DNA of 64,000 nucleotides, from the NCBI GenBank assembly GCA_028534125.1, contig CM052818.1:39620001-39684000 (forward strand), in the 5' to 3' direction. A model generated the notes under the pieces. It ran no database searches, had not been told where the DNA came from, and saw nothing but the letters and a program-made list of their open reading frames with translations. Source of the DNA: Lama glama. Its lineage: Eukaryota. Shown here piece after piece: positions 13,235 to 25,869 of this stretch. Numbering within the stretch: position 1 is the stretch's first letter; every line of letters begins with the position of its first letter. Both the position numbers and the translations under genes were made by a program.

Positions 13235-14270
13235 TCCATGTATTCCTTAACACAGTGGGAAAATGTTCATTGGATACCCATGACTTGGGCAGCATCTGGG
13301 TCCCGGGAACCAGCAATGGTTCCTGCACCTATGGGACTTATAGTCTGTCTGGAAGGGAAGAGAGGCTTGAAACAAAAGGACATGTGTTCAGATACAAAAT
13401 CACCACTGTGACAAGTGTTAGAAAGGAAAGATATTGAGTGCCATGATGGCATAAAATGGGGGAATCCAATCCAGTCTGAGTGTCATGAAGGCTTCCCTAA
13501 GGAGGTGACATTTAAGTTGATAGCTGAAGAGTGAGCATGGATCAGCTCAGAAGAGAACTCCAAGAAGAAGCAGTTGCTCCAGCAATGTCTCCATTACAGG
13601 AGGAAGCAATGTGTTCTGAGAGCTGAAAGAAATTATGTGGTGTGAGGTTAGACTAAGAAGTAGGGTGGTACCTGCTGGAGTTGCGAGGGCAGCCCGGGAC
13701 TGGACTGCTGAAGGCTGTGTGAACAGAATAAGAATTCTGACCCTTAGCCTAAGAACAATGAGAAAACATGAAAGGATTTTAAAAGCTCAGTGTAGGGGAC
13801 AGTTTGGAATGGTAAGAGTGGATGTGGGATACCTGTTAGGAGACTAGAATAAGAGTCAAGGTGAAATATGATGGTAGCTGAGAAAGACTAAGGCAGTAGT
13901 GGAAAAAAAAATGAATACAAGTGGACAGAATGGAGGACTTGGTAAGGACAGACAACACTTCACTGTCCTTACATGTTTATGTATAATAAGATGCATCAAA
14001 AGTGACTAGGGTTTTTGGCTTGCACAGTGAAATAGATGAGTGTACCGTTTCCTGAAATAAGGAATCCTGGAAGAAGACCAGGTTCGTTTTGCACGTGTGG
14101 ATATTGAGATGCCCTGGGGCTGTCTCTGTGCAGACATAGGGTAGGCATTTGGATACATGAGACTGCAGCTTAGGGGAGAGGTCATGGCTGGACATGTAAT
14201 CTTGATAACTATGGCTACGTGAGTGGGAACGGAAGCCACGGACATGAATGAAATTCAGTGAAGCGAGAGG
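13235..14270 (-). mobile_element. L2 LINE, ~1 kb, including ORF2 RT C-terminal remnant
   Basis: ORF 13977-14195 SSHDLSPKLQSHVSKCLPYVCT...HLNIHTCKTNLVFF resembles L2 SPDLSPELQTHISNCLLDISTWMSHRHLKLNMSKTELLIF; gaaggcttccctaaggaggtgacatttaagttga is typical L2. Confidence 0.85.
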
Positions 14271-14410
14271 TGAAGTTGCTGCTGGTGGTTTTGCTCAGCA
14301 TCTGCTACCAAATGCTAGGTCCCCAGTCACAGACCGAGAGCTGCCTCCTCAAGGCATTTGAGGATGTTTTTCACTCAGTCTTGGCAGGCTTCTTTTCGAA
14401 TTAAGCAGAA

Positions 14411-14423
14411 GTGTGTGTGTGTT

Positions 14424-14464
<41 letters not shown>
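14411..14464. repeat. (GT)n microsatellite, interrupted
   Basis: gtgtgtgtgtgtttgtgtttgtgtgt... read directly. Confidence 0.97.
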
Positions 14465-14466
<2 letters not shown>

Positions 14467-16529
14467 GCAGGTTTGTTCTGTGGATCCGGGGTTGGAAAGT
14501 TACTATGGGCTGAGTTGGGATTTCATTTTCTAACACTCTAGTCTGCCAACATTTGCAAAGTGGAAGGAGCAAAGTGCCGTTTTCCGGGGTATAATTTGTT
14601 TCCTTTACCTTTGGCTTTTTTATGAAGCTCACACCTTCTTTCTCCAAGAGTCCCTCCTGCCTATGACTTCAAACAGTCTGATTTTGTTTCTGACTTTCTC
14701 ATAATTTCACCGCCCACAATCAGCTGGATAGCTGTACTTTTCCTTCGTCCAGCAGGGTTTACCAGGAGTCGAACACCTACTCTCTATTTTCCCACCTGTC
14801 TTGGCATACGATCCTGATTCCTCAGATGAGTCTGCTGGGCACAGCACTCCGCAGGGCTGGCTCTCTGTCCCCACAGGGGCCCATTCTTGTGAGTGGACAC
14901 TTTCAGAGTTCTCGATCTTTCCAATGGGATTATATGGCCAGGTTTTCACTGACTTACAGTTCCTCAGTTTGGCTTGTGTTGATGGGGAACACATTCTGAA
15001 AACACTCCTCATCATAGTCCCCAGCTGGCCTTCCTGACTTTTCTGCACGTCTTGAAGAAAAGGTAGTTTTGAAGGGGCCAGAGTATGAATTTTGGAAAGG
15101 CGAGGGTTTCTGTTTGTGGCCAATAGGCTTATTTAAGGCTCAGATTTTAGAGTCTGTTTTTATTGCCTATCATCTTTTAGTTGTAGTGTGGAAAAAACAT
15201 ATATCTTGCTTTTAATTTAATTACCAGTGAATCTAGGGTGAGTGCCTCGTATAGTCTGTTGGGCTTATGCTCTGGAGGTATCAAAATAAGAAAGCAAGCC
15301 ATGATCCAGACGGTCAAGATGCACATTTGTATAGCAGAGACTCTAAGACAGAAAGAAAATGGCCAAACTCTAAGCTGTAATGATGGCAAAGGTAAGGGAG
15401 CAGCTAATGTGGAGAGAATATAATATTCCACTGGTGATCTTAAAAGCTCTGTGTTCTAAGGGCGTGGAACTGGTTGGCCAGCACAAAGCAGACATATTAA
15501 TAGTTCACTTCACAGGAAGAGACGGCTGTCTCCACAGACGGATTATGAAAACAGAATATATAGCCTGGAGGTAGACTGTGGACCTAAATAAACAGAAGCT
15601 CCTCTGCCAGTTAGATTTGTAACAAAAGTTAATATTATTGAGGAATGGTGGATACATAGAACACACCAGCATTAGCAAAATGGCAAAATTTCTATCGCGT
15701 TGGAGTTAGACTTCCAGAGCTAAGATGTCTTAATGATCTAAAGAAATCATGAGGCTTCTACGGCCCCTAGAAGGACAAAATACAACACTGAATTTTGATG
15801 GACCTCAAACTTGTCTTAAATCAACAGCCTTCTACTCATGTTAATATCTTGATTAAATAACATAACGAAACATAGCTGCACGTTAAGTAGAAGAATTCTA
15901 GCTGGTAAACATGCCCTAGATATTTGTAAGAATATATTTAGTATTTACACGCCTATTTTATTTTCAAACATTAGGAGAAAATGCAGTACAATTTTTTTTC
16001 CTCTTGTTGAGACATTATCATTTGAGCTTAAACCTAGAGCACTTGTAATAAAATTTTGGTTTACAAGATGACAGCGGGGCGAGAAATGGCAGGTGGCCGT
16101 AGGAACGTGTGTGTCTCTGAAAAGTCGAAATCTCAAGAGGGAAACACAGAAATGTCATGTTCTACCCATCTTGCTTAGTGAAAGAGCTGTCTAAAGTAGC
16201 AGGTACAATGGGTGTTGTCACACACTGTTACGCTGACTGCTGGTGGTGTCAGAATATACCCAGGATTGTTTTGATATCTGTATTTGTAATAAAGAAATAC
16301 CTGGGGGCAGGGGTCGATGAATTTCTGTTAAAAGCTGTTCCTGTGTGTTACACGTAATATATGTGCTAAATATTTGTTTGGAGTCTTTGTTTAATAAAAC
16401 AGTCATTTACGTTTAAGTGAAATAAACAAAGGGGGAATAGATGCATGACAATGTGATTTTGAGATTGAAGTTAGTCGTAAAGTGTAAAAATAAAAATGTG
16501 TAATGTGAAAGAAAATAGCATGCCTCAAG

Positions 16530-17045
16530 TTCTGAAGGGACCTGGAGGTAACAATTAGAAATTCTGTGTTATCCCAGAGGACCTAACCAGGGCGTAGAAT
16601 TTATAGAGCGGTAAAACCTAGCACACCAGAAGGGGAGCTTCCCAAGAACAGGAGATACTCAACATGGCAACGAGCGACTTCAGGTCAGTGCGCTCACGAT
16701 GGCAGCAGTGTTCAAGCCGATGTTGGATTACTGCCTGTCAACGATGCCATAGAAGGAACTGATTTGTGTGAGACTGGGCTAGATCAGTGACTTGCAATTT
16801 CTTTTTAAGGAGGAGAATTTGTTTTTAACCAAATCATCTCTTATATAAAAGCAGACAATTTAAAAATATACAACAAAAAAGAGGGCTGCTTTGGTGAATC
16901 ACACCCTTTCGGTCTCCTCAACTCTCAAGTAACTGCCCCTTGGCACCTCCTCTAAATACCATAGGCTTAAACAAGCTCCTCCTTGCTCCATCATATCTAA
17001 GGATTTATGGTGCCTTTTCCTTCCAGGACTCCATGATTATTCTAT
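16530..17045 (+). mobile_element. L3/CR1 LINE 3' end, interrupted by a MER103-like element
   Basis: ttctgtgttatcccagagg...gtgttcaagccgatgttggattactgcctgtcaacgatgccatag...gggctagat follows the L3 3' consensus; tail resumes ~16995 and ends ccatgattattctat. Confidence 0.6.
16786..16985. mobile_element. hAT-Charlie non-autonomous element (MER103C-like)
   Basis: Starts cagtgacttgcaatttctttt after gctagat; internal gagggctgctttggtgaa and ccccttggcacctcc resemble MER103C. Confidence 0.45.
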
Positions 17046-18304
17046 ATATAAATTGCTCTTGTTTGAAATTGTTCATTAGCTATGTTTCTTTTCTTTTTGC
17101 TTTAATTCCTAAAGCATATGGAATTTTACAAATTAGGTTCAGAATTTTTCTTTAGCCCAGAGTTTAATATAGACTTGTCTAAATACACATGTTGACTGGT
17201 CAGGATACAGAAATGATTATTTTTTTTCCCAATGGAAGTTTCTGAGATCTAGTAATACATGTTTTAGATTTAAGCTACTTGAAATCAGAGTGTATGTCAG
17301 TGAGGAAGCACAGCATTAAGTAACCAGGTCCAATAACTTTGATCAGCTTGTATTTAGTGTGTTACGGAATTATGTGTTTCTTTCAACTCTGGCCACAGAG
17401 GATCTTTTGAAGTTCACGTGTAGGTAGTTAATCTTGACTGGGTTTATTGATTTATAGCAGGGAAAAAATGCTCTGGTGAATCCAAATAACTTAAACTTGA
17501 AAAAGTTTGAGTCAAGTGATTTTGTCCATGAGCCACTAATAAAATTAAAGAGATGTCAAACAGAGAACAGATATCTTGCGGGGGGGGGGTGGTCTCTGCT
17601 CTGCAGGTGCAAAAACTTGAGTTAACCAGTTAATCAGCTTGGGAGATTCAACATGCTAACTAACCTAAAAAAATATGTATCAAACAGATAATAATTTATT
17701 AATCAGAATGAAGAAAAAGGTGGGATGTCTGATGTGAAAAATGAGACATTTCTTTCTATCAGTCTCTCTGGAGTATATGTACCCTTAGCAGACCAAATTA
17801 CGGCCAATTTACAGAAGAAAGAAACATTGACAGGTGTGTTCATTGCCGCCTTCATATGGCGGTAAAGAGCTGATGGCATTCTAGTTGTGTATCACTTGGA
17901 GAATATATGGATAAAGTGTGGTGGCTGTGTTCACTTTAGAATATTATGAGTAATCTGTTACAAGTAACAAGTTAGCTGCAACATAGCAACATGGATGCTT
18001 TGTAAAGACATAGAGCTAACACAGAGTTGCCTGTGGGAGGAATGGAGGAAGATAAGGAGCTGAGGAATGGGAATCAAAGAGAATAAAGACAACAATCAAA
18101 CAATTAGTTGTTGTGCAGTGTAAAACCAGTGGTATGTAGGAGAAATGTCCAAAGTAAAATTTGGAAATGAAGAAGAAATTGATCGACTCTGTGGGGATGG
18201 GTGTGAGTGTTTTGTGAAGGTAGTAAAGGAGGCACTCAGAGGAAAGACTCAAAGGAGAAGGAAAGAGCTGGTCTCCCCTGATACAGGAGGAGAACGGTAG
18301 GCTT

Positions 18305-18436
18305 TATCTACATAGACACAACTGTGTGATCATCCCTCAAAACAAGTTACAGGATGTAGTCTTCACCACCGAAAGTTCCCTTATGTCCCCTTCCAACCAA
18401 TCCCCTCCCTCAAAACCTGCCAGCAGAGGTGGCTAC
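18305..18436 (-). mobile_element. Old L1ME-type 3' UTR fragment (target of the younger L1; continues ~19566-19600)
   Basis: caccaccgaaagttcccttatgtccccttccaaccaatcccctcc. Confidence 0.6.
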
Positions 18437-19565
18437 TTTTTTATTTTATTGAAATACAGTCAGTTTACAATGTTGTATCAATTTATGGTGTACAGCATAA
18501 CAGTTCAGTCATACATACACATACATATATTTGATTACATATTCTTTTTCATTGTGTGTTACTATAAGATGTTTAATATAGTTCCCTGTGCTAAAAGAAG
18601 AAACTTGTTGTTTATCTATTTTATGTATAGTGGTTAGTATCTGCAAATCTCAAACCCCCAATTTGTCCCTACCCACCCGCTTCCCCTGGGTAACCATAAG
18701 TTTGTTTTCTATGTCTGTGAGTCTGTTTTTGTTTTGTAAATAAGTTCATTTGTCTTTTTTTTAGATTCCACATATAAGTGATATCATATGGTACTTTTCT
18801 TTCTCTTTCTGGCTTACTTCATTTAGAATGACAATCTCCAGGCCCACCCATGTTGCTGTAAATGGTATTATTTTATATTTTTATGGCCGAGTAGTATTCC
18901 ATTGTATAAATATACCACAACTTATTTATCCAGTCATCTGTCAATGGACATTTAGTTTGTTTCCATGTCTTGGCTATTGTAAATAGTGCTCTGTTAACAT
19001 TGAGGTACATATATCTTTTTGAATTAAAGTTCCTTCTGAATATATGCCCAGGAGTGGGATTGCTGGATCATATGGTAAGTCTATTTTTAGTCTTTTGAGG
19101 AATCTCCATGCTGTTTTCCATAATGGCTACACCAAACTACATTCCCAGTAATGTAGGAGGGTTCCCTTTTCTCCATACTCTCTCTAGCATTTATCATTTG
19201 TGGACTTTTAAATTATGGCCATTCTGACTGTTGTGAGGTGATACCTCATTGTAATTTTGATTTACATTTCTCTGATAATTAGCGATATCGAGCATTTTTT
19301 ATGTGCCTATTGGCCATTTGTATGTCTTCATTGGAGAATTACTTATTTAGGACTTCTGCCCATTTTTGAACTGGGTTGTTTGTTTTTTTAATTATTAACT
19401 AGTATGAGCTGTTTATATATTCTGGAAATTAAGCTCTTGACAGTCTCATCTTTTGCAAATATTTTCTCCCATTCTATAGGTTGTCATTTTATTTTGCTTA
19501 TGGTTTCCTTTGCTGTGCAAAAGCTTATAAGTTTAATTTAATTTATTTTTGCCTTTACTTCTATT
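18437..19565 (-). mobile_element. 5'-truncated lineage-specific L1 (camelid L1_Vpa-like), ~1.13 kb, with target-site duplication
   Basis: 3' end ttttattgaaatacagtcagtttacaatgttgtatcaatttatggtgtacagcataac...agaagaaacttgttg; TSD gcagaggtggctactttt (18423-18440) vs gcagaagtggttgctttt (19566-19583), 15/18. Confidence 0.9.
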
Positions 19566-20199
19566 GCAGAAGTGGTTGCTTTTTGATTTTTGTTACTACC
19601 CTTTGTGCTTCTGCGTACCTCATCGGATGTCTTATTGGGAAAAATGGTGGGAAATTTGGGGCGTAACTAGGTTTCAGTCCTTCAACATAGTCTGTATGGC
19701 TATCAAAGTTTGATTGGTCTTTCCCAGAGTAAATTACTTCTACCTCTCAGCACACTTGATTGACAAATGCCACCACCATACAAAATAGCCAGCATTTGTC
19801 AGCTAGCAGCGGAGAGTACATTTTCTTCTCTGGAAATTTAGATAATTTAACCATTTTTGCTTCTATAGTTATCTGATGTCTCCAAAAACATTATTTTAAA
19901 TTATTTTTCAATTTTTTCCCTAATTGTTGCAACAAAAATGTTGGGCTACTGCATCCGGCTGTATACTACTGGAAAGTGGAAGTCTGTTTTCTTTCCAAAA
20001 GCTATTTAAAAATTGCCAACAAGTACTTATTGGACACCTGTTTCATTCTTAACGTTGTGCTGAAGGAGTTCAAAAAAAAATCTAAGCAGTGATCGTTAAC
20101 TAAGGCAGCTGACATCCGTTTGAGAAGAAAAAAAAAACATACCTGAGGGAAACTGTTAGAAAGCACAACAATAACATTGACTGTAGTGGGAACATGTAT

Positions 20200-20310
20200 A
20201 ACCTTGGTTAGGTAATTCTGTCTCCCAGATCTTAGTTTCCTCAGCTGCAAACGGGAGGTTTGATTTTGATGAGTAGTTATCAAACACATGTTAAATGCAC
20301 TGAGCCACAT
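20200..20310 (+). mobile_element. MIR fragment
   Basis: accttggttaggtaattctgtctcccagatcttagtttcctcagctgcaaa. Confidence 0.6.
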
Positions 20311-21129
20311 AATGGGGCTGGCCAGCTGAGGAGCTGTCCAGGATCTCCATCTCTCTGAGGTGTTAAAACAGCAATGGAAATAAAATAAAAAGGAGAAAGC
20401 TGAATTTATCAGAACTCCTCTCAGAAAGAGTACCATATGTGATCTTAGAGTAAGCCACTTGGGATATTGGGTGGGATTCCCAAGGAGCATGCTTAAGGAG
20501 CAACAGATGGAGGATAAACCCTTCTAACGAGAGGGAATCAGGTTTACCGCAGGGCTTTTGTTCTGTTACCCCACAAGCTTGGGCCCCATCCAAGAGGCCT
20601 GGATGACAGGGGAGAGATTGAACCTCACCCCTAGCAGTCCTATTTTTCTGCATCCTTCATGTAGTGTTTAGTATTTCTAGATGAGTGAACAAATATTTTA
20701 AAAATACAGTCTGAACGGAACACACAAGTATTAGTCCTGCATGGCTCACATAGTTCTGCAGCAAATCACTCCTTTACAAATGCAATTGTACATAGAACCC
20801 CAGTAGGAAAAAAGCCAGTGGAAGAAAAACCACTCTGTTTAAATTAGGTGTAAGAACATGGGACTTTACTCACTCAGTTTCCCTTTAAACCTGCTGAAAA
20901 AAATTTGTCAAATCCTAGTCATCTGCATTTCGGAAAAAAACTGACCTTGATGATTTCCACTTTTTTTTTTTTGGCACTAATCTGTGATTCGGTGATAAAG
21001 TATAGACATGTAGAGAATCATAGTGTAATGTTTTGTTTCTTAGGTTCTAATATGTCATTCATCAATACTAATATTTTTAACAGGTTTAATAACATATTTT
21101 GAGAAAAATGGAATATTGAAACATTGATA

Positions 21130-22100
21130 TGTTAAATGTTCAATTTGTACTTACATTTTCTCTGTCTTTTTTTAAACTTCTGTTCTGAAAGTTTTTCTGA
21201 ACTCCTTTCAGCCCTCGTATTAAATTATATATTTTTATTTCCATGGACGCATTCTTGTTCTTTGATGATGTCTTTTTAAAAAAAAAAATAGTAACCTGTT
21301 CTTGTTTGATGGATGCCCTTTCTTCCTAAGCCTCTCTGGGACTATTAATTAGGGTTATTTTGGTGTCTGTTTCTTTTTTCTAGATATCTTCTGTTTTTTT
21401 TTTTTCTTTTCTATTCCTTCTCTTTTGAACACCTGACTCTGCAAGTTTCCCAGAAGCCTTGACTAGCATTCATATTTAAGAAGGAATAAGTAGACTGATT
21501 AGCAAAAGCAAAGCTGTGGTTTCCTCTGTTGCTTCAGCCTCCACCCGCTGCCACTCCCCACCCGCCTAGAAGGAGATGGCAGCTCAAATTCTGGGCGTGT
21601 TGATCGTCAGGCTTCCTAACTCTACCTCTGCTGGGCCTTGATGAAGAGTCAGCGTTGGGGTGCCAGCTCTCCCGTGGGGACACAGTGTCCTCCTAGGCAG
21701 GTTGCTGAATTCCTTTGGGAGCAATCTTTACGTCTTCATCCAGGGGAAGGACACTGCTGTTGCGTGGGGCAGGGTGACTGGAGAAGGGGTGGTGTCAGGC
21801 TGACTCAGCAGGTAGCTCTGCACTCACTGCATCCGCTTCTGCCTCCTCCATCCTCTCTGCCCTCACTCATCCCAAAACCCTCCACAGTGAAGACTTACAA
21901 TGCGGCAGCCTTCTACGTGCCCTGAGCTCAGCCTCTTACATCCTAGTTTATTGACCAGTATGATCCTATGGTCTAGGAGTTTTTAGAAATGACTATTACT
22001 CCCATTATCAGTGCTTTTAATGAATTTTTCCTGTTTGTATTTTACTGCGGTGGTGCGCTTAAGATGGGGCAGTTGGAAAGCCCCATTCAGAGTGTAAGCA
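21130..22100 (-). mobile_element. HAL1-like (half-L1) element fragments
   Basis: atagtaacctgttcttgtttgatggatgccctttcttcctaagcctctctgggactattaatta resembles antisense HAL1; right boundary uncertain. Confidence 0.55.
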
Positions 22101-22869
22101 ATGGTGGGTACATTGCTGGTAGAGCATTTATAAACAATAATAAAACCAACCAAAAGGAAGTCTGGTTTTAATTGTCACCAAGGTCAGATAAAATGTTCTC
22201 TGTCCCCTTCCTCCCCCCACCCCCACAAAAAAACACATCTTTTAAAAGAATATAAGTTCTAAACAATTGCTTTGGTTACTGTAGAGTTTTAACAAAATAT
22301 ACGTACGTTTCAAATAAGCACATTTTTACTATTTATTGTCTAAGAAACATTTGATTTTACTGGGAAGTTCATTTGGAAACCTCCCAGTTACACAGGTTTT
22401 TCCAACACAAATGGACGCAGCTACACATATTTGTTTCAAGTTTGGAAAGTTTTGGAATCATTCAAACTTGCTTTTGGTGCCATTTGTGTTTCCAGTTCCT
22501 GTGGAGCTACATGTTCCTGCATTTAAACAGTAGATTGGACATAAGCATTGACAGTGTGGTCTTGTGAAGATAAAGAAACAGAACTTGAGTCACTTCAGTT
22601 GCCTCACTCCATGTGCCCATTCCTTTGTGTTTAAATTTGAAACAATGATATGCAGAGCAAACCGCGAGCCACAATATTTTTCTATGGCAAGTGCAAATTG
22701 TAGTGTATGCACAAAAGCTTTTATAAAATTACAGTGGTATCTTTAAATGGAAGTTTCTTGTTTATGAATTAATTCTTTGTTTTGAACAATGGAACAGGCC
22801 AAGGAAATAATGACTATTACTGAAAGTAATGTTGTCATAAGGAAAAAGGGAGTATTTAAAAGACGACCC

Positions 22870-23090
22870 AGTCCAGGTGCCAGATACACTATGCATGCCA
22901 CTGTTGTACGCAGTCTCACTGGGTTAGAGGAAAGAAGGCAGTAAGTGAATGTGTTCAGTCTGCCATTTTGAACTAGAAGCCTAGGCACTGTGATTAAAAG
23001 GAGAATTCAAGAGGTTAAATAACTTCCAAAAAGCAACAGAAGTCGTTAGTGGAACTTGCCTCCCGCTTCCATTACTTTTAGCCAAACTGG
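22870..23090 (-). mobile_element. Degenerate MIR
   Basis: gtgccagatacactatgcatg...aagaggttaaataacttccaaaagcaacagaagtcgttagtgg. Confidence 0.55.
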
Positions 23091-24009
23091 TCTTTGCACA
23101 TTGTGTGCACCCTCTCCCAGCTCTGCGAGTCGTCCTGGGCTGAGCACAGGTCCCATTCCTCTTGTTGCAACTGCTCAGACAGCTTTAGTCCAGACTCGTC
23201 CCAACTCTCACCTAGCACTTTTCACATTGCACCTGTGTTTCGCTTCTGCTTAGACTGCAGGCTCTGTAAGAGCGGGGACTGCATCTGAAGGATCCCTCCA
23301 TCCCTGGCGGCACAGAGCCTGTTTACTGTAGGCTCCCAGGGGTGCTTGCTGATGGTTGTGGCAAGATTGCTGAGAAGGGCTAGTCCTCAGCGGTGACCTC
23401 CTTTGAAGGCCATTTGAAAAACATGGCCAATTCATTTGGAAATGAGATAAAAAGTGAATTCTGAAATCTAAGTGCTTTTTATGTCTTATTCAAAAGTCAA
23501 GTATGATGATAAAGCAATGACATTTCCTGCTCACTTAGTTTATACACTGGCTCTACAGGAATTTCCAAAAGGGTGACTACAGATGTGTTCTGTGCTAAGA
23601 CAGGGTCACCTGCATGAGCATGTAGCCTCCTTCAGAGGGACTGCTCGGAAGGATGGTAATTATTGGGTCTGCTAGTTTTGTTGCCTGAATTTTCTGAGGT
23701 AATACCATTTTCTTAAAGCACTCAGTCACACTGAAGGCATTGGTTCAATTTGAATTTCATTATCAGAGATTAAAGGAGAACCTGATTTGCTAAAAGAGTA
23801 ACAGTTTTGCTCCCTCTCTTTTTAGGAGAAAGTCATTGTTGTAATCAGATACCTTCTGTTCTGAAGTTGAGCAAAAAAAAAAAAATATATATATATTGCT
23901 CAATTCAACTCCAGAGAGAAATAGAAAAAGGTAGGGTAGCTGTGGCTGACAAGAGAATATTAGTTTATGTCATTAAGGTCTGCTCCCCACATTTTTATTT
24001 TAAAATCCA

Positions 24010-24335
24010 GACAGACATTTTAACAGATTGAGGATGTGGTGGGAGAAGAGAGAGCTGTAAGAATTCAGTCTCAAACAAAAAGACCTTTCATTTGGAAAGA
24101 TAAGACTGTGTTTGGATAAAATCGAAGTTTATCAAGTCAAGGATAAGCTGAGGCTTGTTTAACAAACACACATACTAGATATTCATAAGTGGTAAGTTTA
24201 GAATAAATAAAAAGGAATTATAATTTCAACAGAGGAAAGTGAATACACTTCTGGAACCCATTAGCCTAAGAGGTGGTACTGGCAAAAAATACAAGTAGAC
24301 TTCAGAGGTTCAATTCATTCCTGCATGACAGGTAT
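24010..24335 (+). mobile_element. CR1-clade LINE fragment (ORF2 C-terminus)
   Basis: tttagaataaataaaaagg...ttctggaacccattagcctaagaggtggta reads FRINKK...FWNPLA*EVV, like CR1 FRTNKRKYYFTQRVVNLWNSLPQEVV. Confidence 0.6.
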
Positions 24336-24879
24336 AACATAATTATCCAGGGTGGCCAGGGTGACTGGCCACTTCCCTGACCTCCAAGGCTGATAGCAAA
24401 TGTGACATCCCAGCCCTCTAGGACTCACTCTTGGAGTCCTTATTACAGACAATCTCCTGGGCTGTAAGGACCAAGGGGACGTCCCAGGGGCATGATTCTG
24501 ATGTTCTCAAGTTTCATCTTACTGGGCTAAATATTAACTTTCAGCCTGAAGTGTCTGTCACCAAGTCATCTGTCTTGGTAAATGCTGTTGGGGTCCCAGC
24601 ATTGTGAGGAGGCAATGAATCTTCCCTGCTGACAGTGAGAATATCCACACCCAGCTGCCATAGAGATCTCTGCTTCCCACAGTGTTTATGACAGTAAATT
24701 AGGCTATGGAGTTCACCAAAGGTTGTTTACATAACCCCTGATACCTGGTATATTTGTCAGCTCCACTCCATGGTCTGTGACTTTTGTAAAACCATAAAAT
24801 GTTTAAAATATAAGGCTACAGATAATAAAGAAAATTATCAGAGCACTTTATAAAAGCTCATACTAGTTTATTTGGATGT

Positions 24880-25100
24880 TTCCTTTCCTCCTTTTTCTCC
24901 TTGGTCCTCTCATTATCTCTCCCTTTTTCAACTCTTCTTTGTTAGTTTCAATTCCATACCCAAATAGGGTCGCTGGGGCTCTCCCTTTAAGCCGTTCATT
25001 GGACCCTCCACTTGCTTCCCTAAGTAACCATTTTCATAGGAAGGTCATCCACACTAATTGGCTACATGTGCAGGTGATTTCTGACTCTATAGATCCCACT
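24880..25100 (+). mobile_element. L2 RT-region fragment
   Basis: gtcatccacactaattggctacatgtgcaggtgatttctgactctat resembles the decayed LIHSHG..YADDSQIY region. Confidence 0.4.
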
Positions 25101-25869
25101 GTAACTTTTATTCTGCTTGCCTTGTTGCTTTCTTCTTAGCTTTATGGGTCCATTTACCTTATAAATTTAGTCTTCAGCAGAAATTCCTGTATTATAAGAC
25201 CTGGTTGCAAAATAGAGAGATTGTTCTACAAAACAATCTCTGTAGAGTGTCGTTCCAATCAAAATAGAAACTTTGGGGGGATTTATTTTGCAATTCTTAT
25301 TTATTGCATGTATTTCTCAAAACACTTTTGGAACATCTGTGTATAGCCCTCACTGGTGGTAAATTTGTCCTTTGACATGGGGATCTGATTTTTAAGAGTC
25401 AAAGTTATCTGGTTTAGATTCAGTAAATCTGGTGGTTAATTAACCCTTACAGATTTAGGTAGTTCTAATCCTTATACAGATATTATCTCTGTCAAGCTAA
25501 ATTTTATTTTCTTATGCAGCTTATCCCTTTGTATAATTGAGCAGCTACTTTGTTCTCAGAACTGCAGAAGAGTTGCTGGTATTGAGCTGAATGATACACA
25601 GATAATGTTATTGAAATAAATGCTTAGTGTCAAGGAATTTTTTTTCCTTGATTCTAACAATCCATTGTATTCACTTTTGTGGTTTTGATCAGGTCAGGAC
25701 TAATTTATGGATTGTGAAACTTTAAATTTGGTGGTCATTTCCTGTGCTTGTTGTTTTTTTAATGGAGTGGAAGAAAATAGAAGAGAATGTGTATAATATT
25801 TTTTCCAGCATTATTGAGATATAGTTGAAATAGAAGAGAATAGAATAGTACAGAATAGATAGGATTCTG

